Below, piece after piece: positions 38,306 through 47,887 of a DNA stretch of 49,551 nt; the first letter of the stretch is position 1, and each line of letters opens with the position of its first letter. The notes under the pieces are model-generated. The model made no database searches and was not told the DNA's origin. It was given only the letters and a program-made list of their open reading frames with translations. Where the stretch lies: NCBI GenBank assembly GCA_965369865.1, contig CBDURU010000016.1, positions 1 through 49,551 of the forward strand. The letters are read 5' to 3'. The position numbers and the translations under genes are program-made. Origin of the DNA: an uncultured bacterium. Its GTDB lineage: Bacteria; JAJVIF01; JAPKYR01.

Positions 38306-38764
38306 ATGGAAATGGAACGAACTTTTGTAATGATAAAACCCGACGGGGTCCAGCGGGGACTTGTGGGGAAGATTCTCCAGAGATTTGAAGATCGCGGAAT
38401 GAAAATCCTTGCAATGAAACTGATTCATGTGACCGGGGACCTTGCCGGTACCCATTATGAGGAGCACGTCGGGAAATCCTTTTATGGACCGCTGATGAAA
38501 TATATCCAGAGTGGCCCTGTTGTGGTCGCGGTGATTGAAGCTCCTGATGCGATCGAGCAGGTGCGGAAAATGGTCGGTGCAACAAACCCGGCCGATGCGG
38601 ATGTCGGTACTATCCGTCACACATGGGCACAGGATGTAACACGGAACATAATTCACGCTGCCGACAGTCCGTCAAGCGCGGAACGTGAAATCGGGATATA
38701 TTTTAAAGAGGGTGAAATTCTTGATTACCCGCTGTCCGTGCATGATTGGATGTTTCGCGACTGA
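38306..38764 (+). CDS. ndk: Nucleoside diphosphate kinase
   Basis: ERTFVMIKPDGVQRGL, GATNP, GTIR, NIIHAAD. Confidence 0.96.
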   Translation: MEMERTFVMIKPDGVQRGLVGKILQRFEDRGMKILAMKLIHVTGDLAGTHYEEHVGKSFYGPLMKYIQSGPVVVAVIEAPDAIEQVRKMVGATNPADADVGTIRHTWAQDVTRNIIHAADSPSSAEREIGIYFKEGEILDYPLSVHDWMFRD

Positions 38765-38770
38765 ATACCC

Positions 38771-39379
38771 ATGTCATCGAAAAAAATAGAATGGATCATT
38801 TTCGACCTTGGAGGGGTACTGGTCGAGTTGATCGGCGTACCCACGATGCTCGAATGGACCGGTAACACGATGACTGTCGAAGAATTGTGGCGCCGGTGGC
38901 TTGAATCTCCATCCGTAAGGGCATTTGAACGAGGCGCTTCATCGCCCGAAGCATTCGCAAAGGGTATGGTCAGCGAATTCTCACTGCCTGTAAATGATGA
39001 GGTGTTCCTGGAAACATTTATCACATGGCCGAAAGGGCTGTATCCCGGTGTTGTTGAAATGCTGTCGGATTTGCATGGCAATTATAAAATCGGTAGTTTT
39101 TCGAATACTAACCCGCTTCACTGGGAGCGGTTTATCAGAAAGAATGGAATTGACCGTATGTTTGATATGAATTTTCCATCTCACCAGACGGGTTTTTTGA
39201 AGCCGGATCTTGACGCATTTGAGAATGTAGTCAGGCTTCTGGACTGTAATCCGGAGGAAATATTGTTTATAGACGACAATCAGATCAATGTGGATAGCGG
39301 TTTAGAGGTTGGGATGGAAGCGTTAAGGATATCCGGACCTGATGAATTAATTGGGTGGTTTAAGGGTATTTTGGGGTAA
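38771..39379 (+). CDS. HAD-family hydrolase (YihX-like)
   Basis: IIFDLGGVL, SNTN, KPD, FIDDNQINV. Confidence 0.88.
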   Translation: MSSKKIEWIIFDLGGVLVELIGVPTMLEWTGNTMTVEELWRRWLESPSVRAFERGASSPEAFAKGMVSEFSLPVNDEVFLETFITWPKGLYPGVVEMLSDLHGNYKIGSFSNTNPLHWERFIRKNGIDRMFDMNFPSHQTGFLKPDLDAFENVVRLLDCNPEEILFIDDNQINVDSGLEVGMEALRISGPDELIGWFKGILG

Positions 39380-39435
39380 AATCATTAATATTATATAGAT
39401 AATTGCATGAAAAGGGCAATTTTTCCGTATTTATA

Positions 39436-39465
39436 CTTGACAATATAGCACTCAGGTTTTATACT
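39436..39465 (+). promoter_or_regulatory. dnaK promoter with an overlapping HAIR-like HspR operator
   Basis: TTGACA(39437)-17nt-TATACT(39460). CTTGACA-N7-ACTCAGG at 39436-39456 versus the HAIR consensus CTTGAGT-N7-ACTCAAG. Confidence 0.75.
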
Positions 39466-39510
39466 AAGATTAATATCATGCCTTAAATTAATGTATTTTG
39501 GAGGATTATT

Positions 39511-41364
39511 ATGTCTAAAATAGCTGGTATTGATCTAGGAACTACATTTTCAGTAATTGCTGTTATGGAGGGTGGTGAGGCGACGGTTCTTGAGAATTCC
39601 GAGGGTGATCGCACGACGCCATCGGTTGTAGCGTTCACTAAGGATGGCGAACGTCTTGTCGGTAAGGTAGCAAAAAATCAGGCTGTGATGAATCCCGACC
39701 GGACAATTATGTCAATTAAACGGCAGATGGGCCGTGATTATAAAGTTACCATAGACGGCAAGGACCTCCCGCCCCAGGAGATCAGCGCGTACGTGCTCCA
39801 GAAGTTAAAAGCCGACGCGGAAGCAAAGCTTGGTGAGAAGATTACCGATGCTGTTATCACATGCCCGGCATACTTTACGGATTCCCAGCGACAGGCGACG
39901 AAAGACGCTGGGAAGATCGCGGGGTTTAATGTACTGAGGATAATCAACGAGCCTACCGCAGCGGCACTTGCATACGGCCTCGATAAAGAAGGAGAGCAGA
40001 CTATTATGGTGTTCGACCTCGGCGGTGGAACATTCGATGTCAGCATCCTTGAAATCGCAGACGGGGTTTTTGAGGTCAAGTCCACTAACGGGAATAACCT
40101 TCTCGGCGGTGATGATTTCGACCAAAAAATAGTTGAATGGCTTGCGGAGGATTTCAAGAAAGAGAATGGAATCGATCTGAAAGCCGATCCGCAATCGCAC
40201 CAGCGCATGAAAGAAGCCGCTGAGAAAGCAAAGGTAGAGTTATCGAGCAAGACAACCACGACTATAAACCTGCCATTTATCACTGCGGATCAGTCAGGTC
40301 CGAAACATCTCGTAAAGGACATTTCCCGTGCCGAGTTTGAAAAATTGACGTACGATCTTGTTCAGATGACCAAGGGTCCGACCGAGACCGCGATGAAGGA
40401 CGCGGGTGTGGGCCATGGGGAAATCGACCAGGTTCTTCTCGTAGGTGGTTCGACCCGTATTCCCGCGGTTCAGAAGTTACTGAAGGAATTGACAGGAAAA
40501 GAGCCGAACAAATCGGTTAACCCGGATGAGGTTGTCGCGATCGGCGCAGCGATCCAGGCCGGGGTTCTCGGCGGCGAGGTTTCGGATGTCGTTCTGCTCG
40601 ATGTCACCCCGTTATCACTGGGTATTGAGACTCTCGGGCAGGTAATGACGGTTCTTATATCCAAGAACACGACAATACCGACAAAGAAAAGCGAGATATT
40701 CACCACCGCATCGGACAACCAGTCGCAGGTGGAGATTGTGGTGTACCAGGGTGAAAGGCAGATCGCAACACAGAACAAGCTGCTGGGTCGATTCGCGCTG
40801 ACCGGAATCCCCCCTGCCCCGCGCGGGTTGCCTCAAATCGAGGTTATTTTTGACATCGACGCGAACGGCATAGTAAATGTAACCGCGAAAGATCTTGGTA
40901 CCAGCAAATCTCAGACGATAACGATAACTTCATCGAGCAACCTTACGGACGATGAAATCAACGGGATGATCAAGGACGCGGAAGTTCATGCCGAGGAAGA
41001 CAAGCGTAAACGCGGGGAAGCCGAGGGACGGAACAAGCTTGAAAGCCTGATCTATCAGACCGAGAAGAATATCCAGGAGCACGGTGACAAGGTGGATGAC
41101 AGTATCAAACAGGAGGTTGAGAAGGAAATAGCAAATGCCAAAACCGCCCTGGAATCGAATGATCTGGAGAACTACAACCGTGCGATAGAAACGCTCGGGA
41201 ATGCAGCCCAGAAGATTGGCGCCGCGATTTACGAATCTCTCCAGAAGGATCAAAAGGAGACAGCCGATTCTGCAGCCGGCGGGCAACCTGGATCCGACGG
41301 AGCATTCACCGAAGATTCAGCCCCAGACCCACAGTGGTCACCAGGCGATGAATCCTTGAATTAA
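39511..41364 (+). CDS. dnaK: Chaperone DnaK (Hsp70)
   Basis: [53 protein letters not shown]. Confidence 0.98.
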   Translation: MSKIAGIDLGTTFSVIAVMEGGEATVLENSEGDRTTPSVVAFTKDGERLVGKVAKNQAVMNPDRTIMSIKRQMGRDYKVTIDGKDLPPQEISAYVLQKLKADAEAKLGEKITDAVITCPAYFTDSQRQATKDAGKIAGFNVLRIINEPTAAALAYGLDKEGEQTIMVFDLGGGTFDVSILEIADGVFEVKSTNGNNLLGGDDFDQKIVEWLAEDFKKENGIDLKADPQSHQRMKEAAEKAKVELSSKTTTTINLPFITADQSGPKHLVKDISRAEFEKLTYDLVQMTKGPTETAMKDAGVGHGEIDQVLLVGGSTRIPAVQKLLKELTGKEPNKSVNPDEVVAIGAAIQAGVLGGEVSDVVLLDVTPLSLGIETLGQVMTVLISKNTTIPTKKSEIFTTASDNQSQVEIVVYQGERQIATQNKLLGRFALTGIPPAPRGLPQIEVIFDIDANGIVNVTAKDLGTSKSQTITITSSSNLTDDEINGMIKDAEVHAEEDKRKRGEAEGRNKLESLIYQTEKNIQEHGDKVDDSIKQEVEKEIANAKTALESNDLENYNRAIETLGNAAQKIGAAIYESLQKDQKETADSAAGGQPGSDGAFTEDSAPDPQWSPGDESLN

Positions 41365-41398
41365 CGGGGACCTTTTATAGATGAGTCAAGTATATTCT

Positions 41399-41427
41399 GA
41401 TCCACCCTTGCAGTTCCAGGGTGGATC
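41399..41427 (+). other. Intercistronic stem-loop between dnaK and grpE
   Basis: GATCCACCCT-9nt-AGGGTGGATC with no U-tract. Confidence 0.5.
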
Positions 41428-41451
41428 GGGGATTGATAAGTAAGCGATACC

Positions 41452-42087
41452 ATGACGAAGAAAAAGAAAAATGTGAAGAAGGTTCAAATAGTGGACCTTG
41501 AGACCAATGAAGCTGAAGTAATTGAAGAACCAGTGGAAGATAAGCTCGTTTCGGCGTTTGAAGCCGATGAAATCAAGGAACCGGATAACTTAATAGACCT
41601 GGAGGAAAAGCTTGCTGCAATGACAGAAAATTGGCAGCGAGAACGGGCCAATTTCCAGAATTACAAACGTCGGATTGAGGATGAAAAGAAGGAATTAAGG
41701 AAATATGCAAGCTACGATCTTGCATTTGACCTCTTAAAAGTCATAGATTACTTCGAAAGTTCAGTTTCTTTTGCAGAAAATCTTCCACCGGAAGCCCAAA
41801 ACGTAATTATTGGTGTAGAATATACATTGAAGGAACTGGTACAGATTCTTTCGGCGCACGGAATAACGCCGATCAAAATCAAGGAAGGGGATACATTCGA
41901 TTCCTCCCTGATGGAGGCGTCCAAACGTGTGATAAAGGAAGACGTTGAAGCGGAGACGGTGTTGGAAGTCCAGCGCGATGGCTGGATGTATCATGACCGG
42001 ATACTTCGGTCGCCGCAGGTTGTTGTGGCTGTTGGTCCGCATGAACCGAATGGGGGAGACGGTGTCGAAGGAGGTGAGGATGACTGA
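41452..42087 (+). CDS. grpE: Nucleotide exchange factor GrpE
   Basis: RERANFQNYKRR, LLKVIDYFE, GWMYHDRILRSPQVVV. Confidence 0.93.
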   Translation: MTKKKKNVKKVQIVDLETNEAEVIEEPVEDKLVSAFEADEIKEPDNLIDLEEKLAAMTENWQRERANFQNYKRRIEDEKKELRKYASYDLAFDLLKVIDYFESSVSFAENLPPEAQNVIIGVEYTLKELVQILSAHGITPIKIKEGDTFDSSLMEASKRVIKEDVEAETVLEVQRDGWMYHDRILRSPQVVVAVGPHEPNGGDGVEGGEDD

Positions 42088-42190
42088 ACCTACTTCCAAA
42101 AGCAAAGGGAAGTATGGAAACTAATTACATATATGTTAAAATCGACTCTTGCGTGTTGCTTTTAGGACATTAAAGAGAGGAGGAAATTTA

Positions 42191-42502
42191 ATGTCAACGA
42201 TTAATCGCGCGAAATTACATTTCACAACCCGAAAACTGGATACCGAGGAGTACGCAATCGGGCACCTGAGTGACGAAACCGCAAAACTCTACTCGAGGGA
42301 CCTGTATTTAATCGGGTGCGATGAAGAATCAGAAATTTTATCTGGAAACGACAGGACGAGATATACTGCAATAGTAAACAGGATCAGCGGCAGGGCGGTT
42401 GATGTTTTTTTTGACATTCCTGCCGAAACGGAAATTGAAATAAATCCAGACAAGAAGAAAAATGCCGGAGAAGGAACAAAATCGGCCCAAGTATCCCATT
42501 AG
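42191..42502 (+). CDS. Hypothetical 103-aa protein, possibly a divergent CsrA-like fold
   Basis: Strong AGAGGAGG SD before the ATG at 42191. The 3' end overlaps the hspR start. Confidence 0.6.
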   Translation: MSTINRAKLHFTTRKLDTEEYAIGHLSDETAKLYSRDLYLIGCDEESEILSGNDRTRYTAIVNRISGRAVDVFFDIPAETEIEINPDKKKNAGEGTKSAQVSH

Positions 42503-42902
42503 CGTTGTAGCCGAGATAATCGGGATCCATCCGCAGACGTTACGCTTGTACGAACGCGAAGGCCTTATCAAGCCACAGAGATCGAACCGCCAGACAAGGC
42601 TGTACTCGGAAAACGATATAGAGCGATTGAAAAGCATAATCTGCCTGACACAGGACATGGGCGTCAATTTAGCCGGTGTTGAAATTATCCTTAGAATGCG
42701 CGGGCAGATGGAGGAAATACAGAATACTGTCGAAGAATTAATGAAAAGACTGTACCAGAAGATACAGCAGAAATTTACAGAAAACGATTATGACGAGATG
42801 GTCGGGCTTGTACCGAGATCATCGAGTTCGTTACAACCGGTCCGTATGGTTCAGCCAAAAGATGTTGAGGCTGAATTTATAGACGGCAAGAAAAGTCAGT
42901 AG
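42462..42902 (+). CDS. hspR: MerR-family heat-shock repressor HspR
   Basis: YPISVVAEIIGIHPQTLRLYEREGLIKPQRS…RLYS…LTQDMGVNLAGVEIIL; located in the dnaK locus. Confidence 0.88.
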   Translation: MPEKEQNRPKYPISVVAEIIGIHPQTLRLYEREGLIKPQRSNRQTRLYSENDIERLKSIICLTQDMGVNLAGVEIILRMRGQMEEIQNTVEELMKRLYQKIQQKFTENDYDEMVGLVPRSSSSLQPVRMVQPKDVEAEFIDGKKSQ

Positions 42903-42984
42903 AAGCAATTCCGGAAGGTCGGGGGACAAGATGGGGAGACTGTTTCTCCCCAACTACTTTTAAAGAAGCCAGAGGTCATACGAC

Positions 42985-43287
42985 GTGCCAGTTTATGAGT
43001 ATCAATGCAAGAAATGCGGTCATGTTTTTGAAAGGATCCATGGGATAGGCGAACAGAAGAAATACAGGTGTCCCGACTGCTCAAGCTCCAGTACACAGAA
43101 GATTATCAGTAAAGTTGGAGTTATTTTCAAAGGCTCGGGATTTTATGCTACCGATAACCGGAAGAGCAGTTCTGTGAAAAGCGGGAACGGCAGCAAGGTA
43201 AAAACGACATCCAAAGAATCGAGTACGAACAAATCGAAAGGTGATAGTTCAGGGTCAACGGATACATCACCGGTTAGTGAGAATTAG
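42985..43287 (+). CDS. FmdB-family zinc ribbon protein
   Basis: MPVYEYQCKKCGHVFE…CPDC…FKGSGFYATD followed by a Ser/Lys-rich tail. Confidence 0.9.
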   Translation: MPVYEYQCKKCGHVFERIHGIGEQKKYRCPDCSSSSTQKIISKVGVIFKGSGFYATDNRKSSSVKSGNGSKVKTTSKESSTNKSKGDSSGSTDTSPVSEN

Positions 43288-43313
43288 GCAGTAGCAATAT
43301 AAATTGGAAATTG

Positions 43314-43345
43314 AAACCGGCTTTTGGATGAAGTCGGTTTTTTTG
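43314..43345 (+). terminator. Intrinsic terminator after the FmdB-like gene
   Basis: AAACCGGCTT-ttggatg-AAGTCGGTTT followed by a T-run. Confidence 0.75.
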
Positions 43346-43347
43346 TC

Positions 43348-43465
43348 ATGGGCAGAATGCCCATTAGACTGAAGATCACAGGCAGAATGCCAGTGTTACA
43401 TGGGGCAGTGTTACATGGGGCAGTGTTACATGGGGCAGTGTTACATGGGGCAGTGTTACATGGGG
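43348..43465. repeat. REP-like palindromes followed by five perfect 15-nt tandem units (CAGTGTTACATGGGG)
   Basis: ATGGGCAGAATGCCCAT and CACAGGCAGAATGCCAGTGTTAC, then 5 units at 43391-43465. Confidence 0.9.
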
Positions 43466-44586
43466 ATTTCCAGGACACCGGGGACTATATGATTTCGCCT
43501 GACATCCATGAAAAATGGTTCTGTCGCGAAAACCTCGCTTTGAATCATTTGTGGATTCCGGCCGGACGCAACCGGGCTGAGATCGTAGACCAGTAATTCC
43601 TTTCGTTTCGGCAGGACATAAAGGTACAGCTCATCCGTGGCGACCGCGATGCATTCAGAATAATTGGTTTCCATCAGGCCTTCGATTCGCGGTGGGAGAT
43701 CGAAAGTAGTGATGATTTCGTTTGTGTCGGTGTCCATGATCGCGACAGTTGAAGAATCCCGGCTGGCAATATACAGGCGGGAACCATCAGAATTGAACGC
43801 CATCGCGTATGGTGGGAATCCAAGTGAGACATAATCGGAAGTTTCATTTGTCTCGAGATTTACAATCGCGACAGACTGCCGTGCATTCATTGCGCCGTAT
43901 GCACGGAGGCCGTCCGGACGGATCATGAAATTGCCCGGTGAATTTCCAAGTTCGATGATATCGGATTCGAGGCGGAAGCGGTCGGCGTTGTAGATCCGTA
44001 CACGGTCCGAGTGAGAATTGATGATATAGAAAAGATTCACGACAGGATTTGCCACGATAGCCTGGATATCGCCGCTGACAGAGAAATCGGCAAGTTCATC
44101 GGCCAGGTTGACCGTGTCGGCAGGAAGGATTTTAACGTTCCTGGAGTTATAGTCCTCTGAGCTGCCATAGCCAACCGCGACAAACCGTTCATCGGCGGAA
44201 AGGGCAATTGCGGATAAAACCGGGGCTATCCTCTGGTGAATGGTGTTCTGGGGCATCACGATGGACGCATCGACATTAAACTCATAACGGTCCACGAATC
44301 CGGATTTTGTTGCGGTCCATATCACACTACCTTCCCTGTTGATAGCCATATCCGCCATACGTTCGCTTGCCGGACGTATCAGGCGGTTGTCGTAAAGACC
44401 CGGTGAATAGATGATAAAAGAATCGGGCGCGTCGGTGGCGAAATACAGAAGGTCGTGGTTGCCCGGGATCATCAAGTCCAGAACACCAATCGGCTTTTTC
44501 CATCCCCATCCAATTATCGCAAGCAGAACCAGCACGAACAACGAGCCATAAATTGTAATTTGAATTAATTTCGGATCTGTTTTCAT
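43456..44586 (-). CDS. YncE/YVTN-like beta-propeller protein with an N-terminal TM
   Basis: Repeated P-xx-(M/I)A-x-x-x-DG-x-R-x-Y motifs (PGNFMIRPDGLRAY, PYAMAFNSDGSRLYIA). Confidence 0.8.
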   Translation of the reverse strand: MKTDPKLIQITIYGSLFVLVLLAIIGWGWKKPIGVLDLMIPGNHDLLYFATDAPDSFIIYSPGLYDNRLIRPASERMADMAINREGSVIWTATKSGFVDRYEFNVDASIVMPQNTIHQRIAPVLSAIALSADERFVAVGYGSSEDYNSRNVKILPADTVNLADELADFSVSGDIQAIVANPVVNLFYIINSHSDRVRIYNADRFRLESDIIELGNSPGNFMIRPDGLRAYGAMNARQSVAIVNLETNETSDYVSLGFPPYAMAFNSDGSRLYIASRDSSTVAIMDTDTNEIITTFDLPPRIEGLMETNYSECIAVATDELYLYVLPKRKELLVYDLSPVASGRNPQMIQSEVFATEPFFMDVRRNHIVPGVLEIPM

Positions 44587-44842
44587 GAGTTTAAGTCTCT
44601 AAAAGGTTTCTGAGTAATTGATACAGCGATAACAGTATAGCGCAGTAAGCTCTTTACCGGCAATGTTAATTAAGATTGTCAAAATCATATAAAATCACCA
44701 ATATATGAACCATGCGCCGATTTTCATAGTATATTTATGATTTGGCGTGAATGACAGATCGATTAACGATTGTGTTATGATAGCCAATATTTTTTGCGCC
44801 CCGGTCATTTTATAAACCGGTGCGCATGAGAGGTGATACCCG

Positions 44843-46762
44843 ATGGTACGCATCACATTACCGGATGGTGATGTCAGGGATTATCCTCCCGGCGTCAAAC
44901 CAATCGACATTGCCCGGGAAATTTCGGAGGGCCTTGCCCGGAAGAGTCTTGGCGCGCTGTACAACGGCGAACTCGTCAGTCTCGACCGGGCGATGACTAC
45001 AGACGGCGACCTCCGGCTCCTTACCGATCGGGATCCCGAAGCCTTAATAATACTCAGGCACTCCGCAGCCCATATTCTCGCGCAGGCGGTAAAACGTCAT
45101 CGTCCCGACGCCCAGCTCGGATTCGGTCCGGCAATCGAGGATGGCTTCTATTACGATTTTCTTGTGGATAAACCCTTCACTCCCGAGGACCTTGAAGTTT
45201 TCGCTGGGGAGATGAAAAAAATTACTAAAGAGAAAATCCCCATATGCGGCGAGGTCCTTCCAAAGGATGAGGTTATCGGGAAATTAAAGGAACTCGGGGA
45301 AGAACTGAAAATCCCTCATGTCGAGGAACTTGAGGACGAGGAACTGTCGATCTACTCGCAGGGGGATTTTACCGACCTGTGCCGCGGTCCGCATCTGCCG
45401 ACTACAAAAGGCCTTAAACATTTCAAGCTGCTGTCGACATCCGGGGCATACTGGAAGGGTGATGAAAATAACCCAATGCTGCAGAGGATTTACGGTACAG
45501 CTTTCTTTTCAAAGGAAGACCTGAAATCTCACCTTGAGATGCTGGAGGAAGCTAAGAAACGCGACCATCGAAAAATCGGGAAGCAACTCAACCTTTTCTT
45601 TCTTTCCGAGGAGGCCGGTGCCGGCCTTGTTATTTTTAAGCCTCGCGGCGCGATGGTTGTAAACCTGATCAAGAAATTCATCGAAGGTGAACTCGTGAGG
45701 AGGGGCTACGATCTTGTAGTGACGCCTCACCTGTTTAAGAAGGAACTCTTTGAGACATCAGGCCATCTGAGCCACTACCAGGAGAATATGTTCCTCGCGA
45801 AACACGCGTCGGAGGATCAGGGCTATGTCGTTAAACCAATGAACTGCCCCGGTCATATTCTTATTTATAAGAGTGACCTGAGGAGTTACCGCGACCTGCC
45901 GATCAGGTATTTTGAATTCGGGACCTGCTACCGGTTTGAGCGATCGGGGACACTTCACGGCCTGACGCGCGTTCGTAACCTGACAATTGACGATGCCCAC
46001 CATTTCTGCACGCCGGATCAGCTTGAAGGGGAAATCCTTGGACTCCTTGATTTCGCAAAATTTGTATATGACACGTTCGGATACGAGTACTTTGTGAAGC
46101 TTGCTAACCGACCGGATGATTCAATCGGCACAGCCGAAAGCTGGGAAGTTGCTACTGACGCGCTTGAGAAGGCCCTACTTAAAATCGAATGGGATTTCGA
46201 ATGGGACCACGGCGGTGGGGCATTCTATGGTCCAAAAATTGACATTTTCGTTAAGGACGCAATTGGACGTGTCTGGCAATTATCAACAATTCAGGTCGAT
46301 TTTAACCTTCCGGAACGCTTCGAGCTTGAATATATCGACGAAAATGGAGAGAGAAAGCAGCCGAGAGTTGTACACCGGGCAATTATAGGATCAATCGAGA
46401 GATTCCTCGGGGTATATATCGAGCATACTGCTGGAAATTTCCCGGTCTGGCTTGCCCCCGAACAAGCGCTGGTGCTTCCTATATCCGAGAAGACCAATGA
46501 ATATGCATTAAAAGTCGCCGGGACATTACGCGATCTGGGTTTTCGAGTTGAAGCGGATCTTCGTAATGAGAAAATCGGATATAAGATTAGGGACGGGCGC
46601 ATGATGAAAATCCCCTATCTCCTGGTCGTCGGTCCCAAGGAGTCGGAATCCGGGATGGTTTCAGTAAATGAAAGAGGAGTCGGTGATACGGGACAGGTTG
46701 CCCTTGAGGAGTTCATCGAAAGACTTGAGCGGGAAGGCCGGATTCCTGCGTCTACCGGCTAA
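44843..46762 (+). CDS. thrS: Threonine--tRNA ligase
   Basis: TGS domain, RHSAAH, DLCRGPH, RDHRKIG, KPMNCPGH, GAFYGPKID, HRAIIGSIERF. Confidence 0.98.
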   Translation: MVRITLPDGDVRDYPPGVKPIDIAREISEGLARKSLGALYNGELVSLDRAMTTDGDLRLLTDRDPEALIILRHSAAHILAQAVKRHRPDAQLGFGPAIEDGFYYDFLVDKPFTPEDLEVFAGEMKKITKEKIPICGEVLPKDEVIGKLKELGEELKIPHVEELEDEELSIYSQGDFTDLCRGPHLPTTKGLKHFKLLSTSGAYWKGDENNPMLQRIYGTAFFSKEDLKSHLEMLEEAKKRDHRKIGKQLNLFFLSEEAGAGLVIFKPRGAMVVNLIKKFIEGELVRRGYDLVVTPHLFKKELFETSGHLSHYQENMFLAKHASEDQGYVVKPMNCPGHILIYKSDLRSYRDLPIRYFEFGTCYRFERSGTLHGLTRVRNLTIDDAHHFCTPDQLEGEILGLLDFAKFVYDTFGYEYFVKLANRPDDSIGTAESWEVATDALEKALLKIEWDFEWDHGGGAFYGPKIDIFVKDAIGRVWQLSTIQVDFNLPERFELEYIDENGERKQPRVVHRAIIGSIERFLGVYIEHTAGNFPVWLAPEQALVLPISEKTNEYALKVAGTLRDLGFRVEADLRNEKIGYKIRDGRMMKIPYLLVVGPKESESGMVSVNERGVGDTGQVALEEFIERLEREGRIPASTG

Positions 46763-46836
46763 ATATCGAAAGAATCTTACCTGAGACCGGGCTGAAATGC
46801 CCGGTTACTGCATGTATTGGGGTGATTTGCGAATTG

Positions 46837-46894
46837 TTGCGTGCTTCACGCAAGAAACTCAACCTTGACAAAGTAGCAATAATTCCTTTAAAAT
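46837..46894 (+). promoter_or_regulatory. Promoter of the XRE/S24 repressor with an upstream 17-bp palindrome
   Basis: TTGCGTG-ctt-CACGCAA (46837-46853), then TTGACA(46865)-18nt-TAAAAT. Confidence 0.55.
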
Positions 46895-47031
46895 AATGTC
46901 TTGGAGTAATCGTATTGTGTTGAAGCGGGCAAGGCTTTTGGCTATTTGGCACAGAAAGTCCATCAAATAGCAGGCTGATAGGTTGGAATTTTGGCAAAGT
47001 TTAAATTGAATGGGTCGATGTTAATAATACT

Positions 47032-47874
47032 ATGAATTCAACAACGCCATCGACATCTCCCGAACCCACACCAATCCGCCGCAGGTTCGGTAAAATTCTG
47101 CGTAAAATCCGCAAGGTTCGGGGTAAGAGTATTTACGAATTAGCAAGGGATGCGCAGGTAGATGCCGGGTATATCTCCCGTTTGGAGAACGCTCATCGGA
47201 ATCCCCCCTCCCCCAGGATCCTTCAAAGGTTTGCGGACGCCCTTGACGTACGGGTTGACCTGTTGATGATGGCAGCGGGTTACCTGGAATTTGACATGGC
47301 TGGCCGCCCGGTGGAGCAGGAGGAAATCGTACGTCGTGTTGAAGCTGAGCTTACACAGGGAACTAGTCTGGGCGGAGAATCAGCCGAGACGGGAATTTCA
47401 ATCAAGGCACACAGCGAAATCCAGGATGTATTACGCCAACTCGATGATGTGAAAAAGAGTCTCCTGGATGCATTAAGTGAAGGACCGACTCATGAGCTGC
47501 CGGTACTCGGTCAAATCCCGGCCGGATTCCCGGTAGGTGTCGAAGAGAATACAGTTGGGAAATTATCCGTAGAGAAAACCGGACTACCAAACGATCCGGA
47601 CCTGTTTGCCCTGAAGGTTAAAGGTGACAGCCTGGTCGGGGTTGGAATAATCGAAGGGGATTACGTAATTCTGTCACCGATGTTAAAAAACGCCCTTGAC
47701 CAGGGATCGGTTTGCGCAGTACGTATTGAAAATGATGATGTTACCCTGAAGCGGGTGTTCTTCACTCAGGATGGGGTAATACTACGAGCGGCAAATCCTG
47801 ACTACCAGGATATAAAGAAGTCGGCCGTGAGCGTAATCGGTAAAGTTGTACGTCTTGTCCGTCAATTCAGCTAA
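47032..47874 (+). CDS. XRE-HTH plus S24 autopeptidase repressor (LexA/CI-like)
   Basis: FGKILRKIR…ELARDAQVDAGYISRLEN. Cleavage site IPAG; catalytic Ser in GDSL and Lys in VTLKR. Confidence 0.88.
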   Translation: MNSTTPSTSPEPTPIRRRFGKILRKIRKVRGKSIYELARDAQVDAGYISRLENAHRNPPSPRILQRFADALDVRVDLLMMAAGYLEFDMAGRPVEQEEIVRRVEAELTQGTSLGGESAETGISIKAHSEIQDVLRQLDDVKKSLLDALSEGPTHELPVLGQIPAGFPVGVEENTVGKLSVEKTGLPNDPDLFALKVKGDSLVGVGIIEGDYVILSPMLKNALDQGSVCAVRIENDDVTLKRVFFTQDGVILRAANPDYQDIKKSAVSVIGKVVRLVRQFS

Positions 47875-47887
47875 TCCACTACCAGTT

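Noticed and set aside
43284..43596. ORFs with CNTAP/HGAVL repeats
   Set aside because: Translation artefacts of the 15-nt VNTR; they overlap a terminator and the YncE-like gene.
44795..44826. thrS leader hairpin as a T-box or tRNA-Thr mimic
   Set aside because: A stem (CCGGT…ACCGG) exists, but there is no T-box sequence and no Thr-anticodon-like loop.
47032..47874. Prophage immunity region
   Set aside because: No divergent cro, integrase or phage structural genes; the neighbours are thrS and membrane proteins.
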